From Phycisphaerae bacterium (lineage in GTDB: Bacteria > Planctomycetota > Phycisphaerae > UBA1845 > Fen-1342): a stretch of DNA of 64,000 nucleotides. This document shows, one piece after another, positions 48,713 through 57,813 of this stretch (the stretch's first letter is position 1; every line of letters begins with the position of its first letter). The DNA is taken from positions 160,001 through 224,000 of the forward strand of contig CAXXWX010000006.1 of the NCBI GenBank assembly GCA_963675745.2, written 5' to 3'. The notes below the pieces were generated by a model, which had not been told where the DNA came from, made no database searches, and worked only from the letters and a program-made list of their open reading frames with translations. The translations under genes and the position numbers were made by a program.

Positions 48713-49184
48713 CGGCCTGGTCGCTCCGGAGAGGCCACTGCGCTATTGTTTCACGCGCGTGCCATGCCTTATAAACTCCGTCGCGCGACAGTAAAGCTCA
48801 CCGCGTACGCGCTGCAAAAAAAACTTCCGGGACCAAGCCTGATGGTTGGTCCCGGAAGCGCGCCACGGCTAGAACAGCCGCAAATTCCGTTCTTCTCTCC
48901 TGGTCGAGCCGGTCGCCCGACCACCTGGAATATACTCGATCGGTCAACGGGTGTCCACTTGCCGACTGTTTTTTACGCGGAGCGCAGTCAGTTGTGTAAT
49001 GTGTTGCAAATAAAATACTTACGCGCCGCGACATTCCCTCTAGAGGTTGTGAATACCCAGCCGGCAGCCGGGCGCGCAACCGCGCACGAAATTGGTCAAA
49101 AAACCCAAGTCGTGACCTGTCAGCAGGTTGTGAAAGCGTCAAACCTGGCTTGTGTCCCGGCGACGGTCCGCCACAATCACCGAC

Positions 49185-49592
49185 ATGGACCAAAAGCCGG
49201 TCAACGTTGCGCTTGCCCTTGTCCACTGTGATGATCGTTGGTTGGTTGCCCGCAGAAAACCGCGGGCGCATCTGGGCTCGCTTTGGGAGTTTCCTGGTGG
49301 GAAGGTCCAGGCCGGCGAGCACCCACGCGACGCCGCGGCGCGTGAGTTGCGCGAAGAGTGCGGCGTGGAGGCAACGCCGGAGCGTCTGCTACGTGCTGTC
49401 CGCTGGCGTTACCCCGATCGCTGCGTGTTGCTGATACCGGTTGTCTGCCGCTGGGTGCGCGGCGCGGGCCGGGCGCTGGAGAGCGATGAGTGCCGTTGGG
49501 TCTCTGCCGCGGAGCTGGCGCAACTGAACATGCCGGCCGCGAACGACGGCATCATCGCGCAATTGGCCGCACAGGAATCGCAATTGCACTAA
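49185..49592 (+). CDS. NUDIX hydrolase (MutT-like)
   Basis: WEFPGGKVQAGE....AAARELREECG Nudix box, MPAAN. Confidence 0.9.
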   Translation: MDQKPVNVALALVHCDDRWLVARRKPRAHLGSLWEFPGGKVQAGEHPRDAAARELREECGVEATPERLLRAVRWRYPDRCVLLIPVVCRWVRGAGRALESDECRWVSAAELAQLNMPAANDGIIAQLAAQESQLH

Positions 49593-49629
49593 GTGATATC
49601 CAGGAGTGATTCACCACACGGGAGACACC

Positions 49630-52242
49630 ATGTACCGACCATTTGTTTTGGCTGTTCTGCTGACCACCGTGTTCGCCGGAAGCCACCCCACCGCGATCGC
49701 CGCCGGCCATCGTGACTGGACAGTTGTCCCGTTGGGTTCGTTCCAGTTGGACCAGGATGAGCAGGATATCGTGATTCGCCGTCCATACGATCGTTTCGGC
49801 GTAATTCAAACGCCGATCGCGTTGCTGGCCGTGCCGGACCGGGCACAGATTGCATCGGGCGAACCGATGAAGATCACGATGTCGATCGGGGAGACAACCT
49901 TTCCTGAGTGGAACATCGACTCGCCGGGGCAGATCTACGTCATCGGTGTCGAAGTCCAACAACGGCATGCCACCCAAGCAAACGCCGCCCTGACAATGCA
50001 CGTGCGTGTTGAAGGTGCGGCGGCGCCGGTACAGTTGATCGCCAGCGCCCCACCAGACCTTTGTCTGGCCGGCGCCCACTGGGTTGGACCGCTGGCCGCG
50101 CGTGTGGAGCAGTTGGAACGCGGGTTGCCTCGCGAGTACCTGACCGCGGCCCTGGCGAGCAACGTTGTGCCACTGGATCAGGCGCGGGCGGAGTTTGCCC
50201 GCCTGTCCGAATCCGCCGATCCGCGGATCGCCAGATATGCCCGCGAGAAACTCCGGCGGATCGACTTCGTCATCGCGGAGCGCAGTGCATCCGAGGATTT
50301 CGCCGGCCACTATCGCCTCGGCCTCTACGCACAGCAGTGCGGGCTTTACCGACACGCCCTGACGCACTTCGCCATGGCGACGTCGTTCGACGGTGCAAGT
50401 GCGTTTGAACGCAGCGACGCTCTGTACCGGCTGGCGGAGGCGATGATGCGCTGTGGGGAGCCCATCAGCCGCGTGGCCGACGTGGCGGAGCAGGCCGGCA
50501 TCGCGGCGGCCGTCAAAGCCAACACCTGGGATGTCTGCCTGGCCGTCCTGATGGCCGAGCACACCGACGAGGTCAGTGAAGACGGGGCCGCGACAGAACC
50601 GAAGCGCATGCGCCCAGATCAGATCGAGACGTTGAAGCGCGACTGGGGGATTGTGGAGAAGATGGTTTTCGGTGCTTCCGGCGGCTACTTGCGCCTCAAG
50701 ACGCGAGTCATCCAGGTACCCAGCAACCAGCGCGTTGCTTACGACGTCTTCGGCGGTTGGTTACCGGGGCCGGCCGACGGGTTTCTCAGCCAGCGTGGCG
50801 ATGTTGACGTTGTCATGTCGTTTCGGCCCGGAGGGGCTTCGGTGACAGGCGGCGCCGATTGTGGCCCCGACGGTTCCGCAATGGTGGACATTGGCCCGGA
50901 ACGCGGATGGGAGGTCTTTCTTCACGAGTGGAACCACTCGTTCGACTGGGCACGCATCACCGGGGAGACTTGCGCAGGCTATCCAATCACACACCATTCA
51001 GATGGTTGCGGATACCAGCCCATTCCGTCCATGGGCTATGGACATCTTTCCAGTATGCGCTACTGGGCCCCACCGGGCATGTACCAACGCACCGAGCTGG
51101 CGGATACCGACCCCGGCACGGGTTATGTCCGCAACTGGTGGCTGGGCCAGCCGCACGCCATTGACGATGATCCCCCCGCCCAGGGCACGCCAACCGCACG
51201 ACACGCGCGTGAATTCGGCCCGGATCGCTTCAGTGAAGCCGACAGAGACTACAGCGGATTCGACGGCAACTTCATCGACCTGCTTCCCCATCTAACCGAG
51301 ACTTTGGGCGCCGAGCGCCCCGTCTGGTGTGTCACGCAGGCGACCACGCATGTCTGGTCTCCCGAGCGGCGCGCCGTACGCCTGTGGCTTGGTCACAATG
51401 ATGGCATGGCGGTCTGGGTCAATAACGAGCTGGTGCATCGGGGGGATTACTACGCCATCGCGAAGTTTGAGGACCAGAACTGGCCCAACATGGCGTGTAC
51501 GGGGGCCCTGCTGCTGCAAGGTTGGAACCGGATTGACGTGGCGGTCGAATCATGGCCGGCGCCGTTCGACAAAGGCTATGGGTTCTCGGTTCGCATCTGT
51601 GATTACGACAACCATGAGATTCCGGATCTGAAGATCGCCACGGCGGGCAGTGACGCACCGACGACAATTGCTCCCGACGCGCTCGCCCCGCGTTTCGGGA
51701 GGTTCTACAAGTGGGATCAGGTGCGCGACGACTACTACTGGAAACTCCCGCGCATTACCGCCGAGGACTTGCGCGATCATTGCGGGCTGGCTGACGGCGC
51801 CACGCTTTCCGTCGTGAGCAACATCGGCCCCACCAAGGGCTTTCTGGCCATTGGAGCATCGTCGGACAAGAGCGATGGCACGCTGCTACCGATCCCCGAC
51901 GATTGGGACCGCGAGCGCGATCGTGACGAGCGGGTCAACAACATCATGGACTACAACCGCGAGGCGATCGCGGTCTACCCGTTCGAGATGCGCGGGCAAA
52001 CTCGGCATCTGCTGATCATGCGGCCGGAAGCGGTCGGCCCATATCTCAAATGTCTCAACGAAGCCCCCGACGCAGCACGCGTGTACGCGGATAAGCCGGT
52101 GAGCGATCGCATTGTCGGGTATCTGCTGACCGGCCGGAACATCGGTGAGCAGGAGGGTGTCCGCGCCTGGGTTGTGGCGGAGGCGATGCTGCCCGCGCCG
52201 CTGCCGCTTGATGAGGAAGATCTGCTGGCGCCGCTGCCATAG
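49630..52242 (+). CDS. Large exported hypothetical protein with HExxH motif (putative metallopeptidase)
   Basis: GGAG RBS, signal peptide, TPR-like segment, VFLHEWNHSF, jelly-roll-like RLWLGHNDGMAVWVNNELV. Confidence 0.75.
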   Translation: MYRPFVLAVLLTTVFAGSHPTAIAAGHRDWTVVPLGSFQLDQDEQDIVIRRPYDRFGVIQTPIALLAVPDRAQIASGEPMKITMSIGETTFPEWNIDSPGQIYVIGVEVQQRHATQANAALTMHVRVEGAAAPVQLIASAPPDLCLAGAHWVGPLAARVEQLERGLPREYLTAALASNVVPLDQARAEFARLSESADPRIARYAREKLRRIDFVIAERSASEDFAGHYRLGLYAQQCGLYRHALTHFAMATSFDGASAFERSDALYRLAEAMMRCGEPISRVADVAEQAGIAAAVKANTWDVCLAVLMAEHTDEVSEDGAATEPKRMRPDQIETLKRDWGIVEKMVFGASGGYLRLKTRVIQVPSNQRVAYDVFGGWLPGPADGFLSQRGDVDVVMSFRPGGASVTGGADCGPDGSAMVDIGPERGWEVFLHEWNHSFDWARITGETCAGYPITHHSDGCGYQPIPSMGYGHLSSMRYWAPPGMYQRTELADTDPGTGYVRNWWLGQPHAIDDDPPAQGTPTARHAREFGPDRFSEADRDYSGFDGNFIDLLPHLTETLGAERPVWCVTQATTHVWSPERRAVRLWLGHNDGMAVWVNNELVHRGDYYAIAKFEDQNWPNMACTGALLLQGWNRIDVAVESWPAPFDKGYGFSVRICDYDNHEIPDLKIATAGSDAPTTIAPDALAPRFGRFYKWDQVRDDYYWKLPRITAEDLRDHCGLADGATLSVVSNIGPTKGFLAIGASSDKSDGTLLPIPDDWDRERDRDERVNNIMDYNREAIAVYPFEMRGQTRHLLIMRPEAVGPYLKCLNEAPDAARVYADKPVSDRIVGYLLTGRNIGEQEGVRAWVVAEAMLPAPLPLDEEDLLAPLP

Positions 52243-52272
52243 GTAATCGGCGACCGGGTACGATGAGCACCG

Positions 52273-52938
52273 ATGGCTCCGGATTCGGATGCAAACGAAC
52301 GCAGCGCTGAGCGCGAGCGGATGGTGCGCGAGCAGCTTGCAGGGCGGGGGGTCGCGGCGTCGCGCGTGTTGGACGCCATGCGTAGCGTTCCGCGTGAGTG
52401 GTTCATGGCCGCCGACCTGCAAGGGCGGGCGTACTCCGACGCCGCCCACCCTATCGACTGCGGGCAGACGATCTCCCAACCTTACATGGTGGCGCGCATG
52501 ACTGAGTGCCTGGCGCTCAGTGGCGGCGAGCGCGTGCTGGAAATCGGGACGGGCTCCGGATACCAGACGTCGATCCTGGCACTGCTCGCCGGCCACATAT
52601 ACACGGTGGAGTGGCACCTGCTCCTGATGAACAAGGCGGCCGACTGCCTCGCGCGACTCAGTCTCGCTAATGTGACCTATCGCTGCGGCGACGGTTCAGT
52701 CGGTTGGCCCGAGCACGCGCCGTATGAGGCGATCCTGGTGGCGGCCGGCGCTCCCGAGGTGCCCGAGGCGCTGTGCGAGCAACTGGCCGACGGCGGGCGT
52801 CTGGTGATTCCGGTGGGCGATGCGCACGAACAGACACTCATCACGGTCACCAGGTGCGGGGATCATTACGAGCGCGACGTGGGGCTGCGCTGCCGGTTCG
52901 TGAAGCTTGTCGGGCAGGCCGGCTGGCAGGCGCGTTAG
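52273..52938 (+). CDS. pcm: Protein-L-isoaspartate O-methyltransferase
   Basis: GQTISQPYMVA.M, VLEIGTGSGYQ, GDGSVGWPEHAPY, QLADGGRLVIPVG. Confidence 0.96.
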   Translation: MAPDSDANERSAERERMVREQLAGRGVAASRVLDAMRSVPREWFMAADLQGRAYSDAAHPIDCGQTISQPYMVARMTECLALSGGERVLEIGTGSGYQTSILALLAGHIYTVEWHLLLMNKAADCLARLSLANVTYRCGDGSVGWPEHAPYEAILVAAGAPEVPEALCEQLADGGRLVIPVGDAHEQTLITVTRCGDHYERDVGLRCRFVKLVGQAGWQAR

Positions 52939-53999
52939 ACGTTGAACTTGAACGTGATAAGATCGCCGTCCTGCACGATGTAGTGCTTGTGCTCCTGGCG
53001 CACCACGCCGGCCGACTTGGCCTCTCTGAAGTCTCCGGCGGCGAACAGGTCCTTGAACGCCACCGTTTCGGCACGGATGAACCCGCGCGCGATATCCGTG
53101 TGGATTTTGCCGGCGGCATCCACGGCGCAGGTGCCCTTGGGAATGGCCCAGGCGCGGACCTCTTCCGGGCCACCACCCGTGAGGAAACAAATCATGCCGA
53201 GCGCATCGAAGCAGGCGCGGATGATGCGATCACGGGCCAGGGCGCGAATTCCATAGCCATCCATGAACTCGCGCCGGTCCGCCGGATCGACCAGCGCGAT
53301 TTCGGCCTCGAGAGCGGCGGAAAGCGCAAACGTATCCGCCGCGTGCGGGTCACGAAACGCCGGTTCCTGCCCAATCTGGTCCTCGCCGATGTTGATCAAG
53401 GCGACCAACGGCTTCTGCGTGAGAAAGCCGAAGCTGCGGAGCATCTTCTCGGGCTCGCCCGGTTGGACGATCTCGCTGAGCGGGCGTTCGCGTTCGAGCG
53501 CATCCTGGCAATGGCGCAGCAGCTCGAGCTCGCGTTTCTGGGTGTCGCGGTCCTTGGTGGGTTTTCCGATCGCCTTCTCCAGCTTTTCCACGCGGCTGGA
53601 GCAGATCAGAAGATCCGCCAACAACATCTCGTCACGAAGTTGTGAGAAATCTCGCTTTGGGTCAATCGTGGGCGCGTGGCTCGGAACCGATTCCGACTCG
53701 AATGCCCGGAGCACCACCAGCAGCGCGTCCGACTGGCGCAGTGTCGGCAGGTGCTTCTCCAGCCCCGCCCGCTCACCGTCACCTTCACCGCTGCCGGGGA
53801 GGTCGACGAACTCCATCACCGCTTCGGTCAGCCGTTTGGGCTTGAACAGCTTGTACAGAAACTCCAGGCGTGGTTCGGGGATCTTGACGGCGGCGAGCGT
53901 CTCATCGGCCATGTGCGCCGGATCCACCGTGATGCCCGAGACTGCCGTAAAAACGGCCGATTTCCCCGAATAAGGGAATCCGACAATTGTCACGCGCAT
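52935..53999 (-). CDS. ychF: YchF/Obg-like ATPase with DUF933 domain (divergent)
   Basis: GFPYSGKS, FVDLPG, LTQKP, EVRAW, AGKIHTDIARGFIRAE, YIVQDGD. Confidence 0.88.
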   Translation of the reverse strand: MRVTIVGFPYSGKSAVFTAVSGITVDPAHMADETLAAVKIPEPRLEFLYKLFKPKRLTEAVMEFVDLPGSGEGDGERAGLEKHLPTLRQSDALLVVLRAFESESVPSHAPTIDPKRDFSQLRDEMLLADLLICSSRVEKLEKAIGKPTKDRDTQKRELELLRHCQDALERERPLSEIVQPGEPEKMLRSFGFLTQKPLVALINIGEDQIGQEPAFRDPHAADTFALSAALEAEIALVDPADRREFMDGYGIRALARDRIIRACFDALGMICFLTGGGPEEVRAWAIPKGTCAVDAAGKIHTDIARGFIRAETVAFKDLFAAGDFREAKSAGVVRQEHKHYIVQDGDLITFKFNV

Positions 54000-54060
54000 C
54001 GAACCGCTCCTCGAACCGTATGGCCAGTGCCCAGGAACCTACAGCGATACCAACGCCCCA

Positions 54061-54139
54061 CAGCGGCCTGCGTTTTGCAGGCCAGTGCGGCAAACCGGCG
54101 TTTCCGCCGTCCTACGGCCGGCGGGGCGCCGGCCGCTAC
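54061..54139. repeat. Inverted doublet of GTAG-type REP-like palindromes
   Basis: CAGCGGCCTGCGTTTTGCAGGCC (54061-54083) and CGGCCGGCGGGGCGCCGGCCGCTAC (54115-54139). Confidence 0.75.
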
Positions 54140-54335
54140 ATTGCAGCACGCCGCAAACGATCACTACACCGGACATCCAGGTCCACCATCGCGAAGTACA
54201 CGCATGATTCGCGGCCGCGCGAGCGCGACGGACCGCTAAGCCTTGTCTGTCATTCCGGCCGATGTACAATAGCGTCGGTGATGGCGCGTGGATAGGCAAG
54301 CCATCAGATTCGAGTCCTGTGGGGATCGGGTGTCT

Positions 54336-54899
54336 GTGCGCAATCCACTGAGCGATCTGAGGATACAGTTCCTCAAACTGGCGGGACTGGCCGTCCTGGT
54401 GCCGCTGTTGCAGGGTTGCCCGCCAGAGGACTTCCCCAACGCCATCGATGCACTTCAGCCTGAAGTGGATGAGATCATCAATGACCCGGTGAATACGCCC
54501 CAGGAACGACGCGAGGCGCTGGCGGCACTTGGTCTGAGTCCGGCGACCATCAACGGGCTGCTGCAGTCGGAACGAACCGGAAACCAGTTCGGCGGCACCT
54601 TGAGGTCGGCGTATGCCAAAGTGACCGAGCCGGCGTTCGCCGAATTGACCCCCGACGAGGTTCAACTCTACGCCGACGCTGTCGCCGAGGCAGATTCCAC
54701 CGTGGCGTATAGCCTGAGTGACGTACAAGCGCAGGAAGTGCAGAGCGCGTTTGTGGCAAACGCGCTGAACTCTCCGGCCGACGTGGAAGCGTTCCTGTCC
54801 GACCCCACCAAGGATGTGCCGGGGAGCACTACCGTTGCGGTGCTACAGGATGTGTTCGTTGACTTCGACCCAGAGGAAGTTGTGGACCAGATACCATAA
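54336..54899 (+). CDS. Hypothetical acidic lipoprotein
   Basis: LAGLAVLVPLLQGC lipobox; start uncertain. Confidence 0.7.
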   Translation: MRNPLSDLRIQFLKLAGLAVLVPLLQGCPPEDFPNAIDALQPEVDEIINDPVNTPQERREALAALGLSPATINGLLQSERTGNQFGGTLRSAYAKVTEPAFAELTPDEVQLYADAVAEADSTVAYSLSDVQAQEVQSAFVANALNSPADVEAFLSDPTKDVPGSTTVAVLQDVFVDFDPEEVVDQIP

Positions 54900-54911
54900 G
54901 GAGATGGCGCA

Positions 54912-55283
54912 ATGCTTTGTAAGCGGACTATCGCAGTTACCCTCGTGCTCGCGACGGCACTAATGATCGCCGGGTGCCCGGCCGCGGCCACCGACAACTC
55001 GAATCCCGTCACGCGATTGGCCAACGCCGCCTCGGGCGCCGGTAAGATCGCCAACGGCGTCATGACCACGGTGACCCCCGCGGAAGTCGAGGCGATGGCG
55101 ATGACCATCAACGAGTTCAACCCGGAAGTGCCGGCGATCAGCCAGGCCGAAGCGCAGGTCATCATCAATTTCCTGATTGCCAACAACATCAACACGGTGG
55201 AAGACGTCGAAAACCTCGACCCGGCGACCGTGGAAATCCCGGAAGGGCTCGAGGACCTGATCCTGCACTACACCGAGATCTGA
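54912..55283 (+). CDS. Hypothetical acidic lipoprotein
   Basis: AAGGGAG RBS, IAGC lipobox. Confidence 0.75.
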   Translation: MLCKRTIAVTLVLATALMIAGCPAAATDNSNPVTRLANAASGAGKIANGVMTTVTPAEVEAMAMTINEFNPEVPAISQAEAQVIINFLIANNINTVEDVENLDPATVEIPEGLEDLILHYTEI

Positions 55284-55332
55284 TCGGCTGACGGTTTCTG
55301 CTGTAACTGTCAACGTAATCCGGAATCCGAGA

Positions 55333-55370
55333 CGACGAACATCCCTGCTTGATAGCAGGGGTGTTCGTCG
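55333..55370 (+). terminator. 17-bp hairpin after the lipoprotein pair
   Basis: CGACGAACATCCCTGCT-tgat-AGCAGGGGTGTTCGTCG. Confidence 0.6.
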
Positions 55371-55434
55371 CGTCTAATATTGGCGTAGCGTCACGCATGG
55401 TTCGATCAGCCGGCGAAGGTTGCCCGCACATGGC

Positions 55435-55514
55435 GTGGCGGCCGGCGCCGCGCCGGCCGTGGAAGATCGGTGACGCCGTTTTGTGGCGACGGCCTGCGAG
55501 GCGCAGGCCGCTAC
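55435..55514. repeat. Inverted doublet of GTAG/GTGG-type REP-like palindromes
   Basis: GTGG-CGGCCGGCG-ccg-CGCCGGCCG (55435-55459) and the reverse complement of the 28151 element (55485-55514). Confidence 0.8.
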
Positions 55515-55569
55515 GGTGTTGCAAGTGCCAGGCGGTTTGATCGGAGGCGCGCTCCGGAGACCCAGGCGG

Positions 55570-56238
55570 ATGTTCACAGGCATCATTGAGACTGTCGCCG
55601 AGATCGTCACTGCCCGGCCGGGCAGCGCCGTGGCCGGCGCCTCGACAGGTGCGATGCGTCTTGAACTGCGCCTGGGAAGGATGCTCGACGAGATCAGAGA
55701 CGGGGCCAGTGTGGCGGTCAACGGCGTGTGCCTGACGCTTGCCGGCCGACGTGGGGAAATCGCCTGCTTTGACGTTGTCCCCGAGACGTGGCAACGCTCA
55801 AACCTCCGGCTTCTGCGGCCGGGCGACGCGGTCAATATCGAGCGCGCACTTCGGATGGGGGACCGCCTTGACGGTCATTTTGTGCAGGGACACGTGGACG
55901 CAATCGGCCGGTTGGACTCGATTGATCGCGCCGGCGCGGAGTGGAAACTGTGGGTGGCGCTGGCGGCTGAGCCATTGACCTATATCGCTGCAAAGGGCTC
56001 TGTCGCTATCGACGGAATCAGCCTGACCGTCGTTGACGTCGAGTCCGAGCGGTTTTCCGTCGCCATCATTCCCACAACACTGCGCGAGACAAACCTGTCG
56101 CGCCGCGCCCCGGGTGACCAGCTCAACATCGAGACGGACTATCTTGCCCGGCTGGTAATAGGCCGACTGATGGCGCCGCGCGCCACTGGTGGTGGCCTGA
56201 CACTGGACAAGTTGCGCGACGCGGGATTTGCGACATGA
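55570..56238 (+). CDS. ribE: Riboflavin synthase (alpha chain)
   Basis: MFTGII start, SVAVNGVCLT, GHFVQGHVD, KGSVAIDGISLT. Confidence 0.96.
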   Translation: MFTGIIETVAEIVTARPGSAVAGASTGAMRLELRLGRMLDEIRDGASVAVNGVCLTLAGRRGEIACFDVVPETWQRSNLRLLRPGDAVNIERALRMGDRLDGHFVQGHVDAIGRLDSIDRAGAEWKLWVALAAEPLTYIAAKGSVAIDGISLTVVDVESERFSVAIIPTTLRETNLSRRAPGDQLNIETDYLARLVIGRLMAPRATGGGLTLDKLRDAGFAT

Positions 56239-57290
56239 ACGCGCAGCCCGAAAACACTGGTGGCCGGCCACTGATCGGCATCACGATGGGTGATCCGCTG
56301 GGCATCGGCCCCGAGGTGATTGTCAAAGCGCTGGCCGACGCCGACCTGCGCCGCAAGGCGCGCTACCTGGTCTATGGGTTCCATGACGCGCTGGAACTGG
56401 CGGCGGACCAGGCCGAGATCGATGTGTATTGGTGGCGCGAGCCGTACGATCACGGACCGCGGGTGGGCAGCGGCGTGCTGGTGGCCGATTTCGACGACAT
56501 TCGTCCGCCGCGGATAAACGGCGTGCGCGAGGCGGACGCACTGGCCGGCAATGCCTCGCTACAGTTCGTTGAAGAGGCGATCCGCAATCTGCGTGCCGAT
56601 GCGATCGACGCCCTCGTGACGGCCCCGATCAGCAAAGAGGCCTGGAGCCTGGTCAAGCAACGCAGTACCGGTCACACCGAACTGCTGGCGCGACGTTTTA
56701 ACACGCGGCGGGTGACCATGATGTTCGCCGCCCCCCAGTTGCGCGTAGCCCTGGCCAGCACGCACGTGCCCCTCTTTGAGTTGAGAAATCACTTCACCAT
56801 CGGGCTGGTCCATCAGCCAATTGACCTGCTGGATCGCGCCCTGCGCGAGTGGTTCGGCATCGCGCGACCGTTGATTGGTGTGCTGGGGCTGAACCCACAC
56901 GCGGGTGAGGCCGGCCTGCTCGGCGATGAGGAGCGGCGCGTCATCGAACCCGCAATTGCCATGGCGCGCAACAGCGGCATTCGGGTCAGTGGCCCCCTGA
57001 CCCCCGACACCGCTTTCTCCAGCGCTTCGATCGAGCGGTTTGACGGCTTCGTGGCCATGTACCATGACCAGGGATTGATCCCGGTGAAACTGCTCGCCTT
57101 CCATGAGGCCGTCAATCTGACACTCGGCCTCGGCGCGATTCGCACCAGCCCCGACCACGGGACGGCGTTTGATATCGCCGGCAAAAACCTCGCCCATCCC
57201 GGCAGCATGCGCGCCGCGATCGAGTTGGCAATTCGCTTGGCGCAGGTGCGCGGAAACGCGACGGCCACGGCGTCAACAGTGACACCTTGA
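56235..57290 (+). CDS. pdxA: 4-hydroxythreonine-4-phosphate dehydrogenase
   Basis: TMGDPLGIGPE, GHTE, LNPHAGE, MYHDQGLIP.K, RTSPDHGTAFDIAGK. Confidence 0.96.
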   Translation: MNAQPENTGGRPLIGITMGDPLGIGPEVIVKALADADLRRKARYLVYGFHDALELAADQAEIDVYWWREPYDHGPRVGSGVLVADFDDIRPPRINGVREADALAGNASLQFVEEAIRNLRADAIDALVTAPISKEAWSLVKQRSTGHTELLARRFNTRRVTMMFAAPQLRVALASTHVPLFELRNHFTIGLVHQPIDLLDRALREWFGIARPLIGVLGLNPHAGEAGLLGDEERRVIEPAIAMARNSGIRVSGPLTPDTAFSSASIERFDGFVAMYHDQGLIPVKLLAFHEAVNLTLGLGAIRTSPDHGTAFDIAGKNLAHPGSMRAAIELAIRLAQVRGNATATASTVTP

Positions 57291-57369
57291 CTCGCCGCGT
57301 TGGGCGTACAAGCTTGTGAAATGCTACGAGCGGGCGCGCGTCCTTAAACTAATGGCCGCTGCCGAGACG

Positions 57370-57579
57370 CTACACCATGGGCAGGTCAATGGCGGCTTCA
57401 CCCATCAGGTACTGCACCAGGGCCGCTATGGCCGTCGCCGCCAGACTGGTTCCCGCCTCACCCGCCCCGGTGAGCACCGTTTCGCGCACATCAGACTGGC
57501 AATTGGTGAGAACCGCGGCCAAGCCACCGGTGGCGAACACAAGCCAGCGTAGCTGAGCACTTCTGAACCACATACGCAT
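57370..57579 (-). CDS. Small hypothetical lipoprotein or membrane protein (69 aa)
   Basis: AGGAG RBS before ATG 57579, hydrophobic signal ending in LTNC, second hydrophobic helix. Confidence 0.6.
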   Translation of the reverse strand: MRMWFRSAQLRWLVFATGGLAAVLTNCQSDVRETVLTGAGEAGTSLAATAIAALVQYLMGEAAIDLPMV

Positions 57580-57813
57580 CGGACAACTCCTGCATTCCGC
57601 GGCTGCACGACAGCGCCAGCCGGCTTGAACGGTTCGTACGCGTCCCCTGTCTCTGTGCGTATCATCGGCCAGTCCGGCAGGGCGGATTAGCACTCGGCGG
57701 GGGCACACTGTGAGGGATATGGGCGCATTAACTGCGCGACGGCGATCCGGCTTGCGTCAGTTGGGACGACGCGGAGCTCGTATTCCCGGCAACCGATCCT
57801 TGTGCATTACGCC

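Noticed and set aside
48713..49184. Replication origin
   Set aside because: Only poor matches to the DnaA box TTATCCACA and no dnaA/dnaN context.
55284..55569. FMN riboswitch upstream of riboflavin synthase
   Set aside because: No RFN consensus; the structures present are a terminator-like hairpin and REP-like palindromes.
57687..57713. CIRCE (HrcA) operator
   Set aside because: Only the left half TTAGCACTC is present, with no GAGTGCTAA 9 bp later, and no chaperone gene is adjacent.
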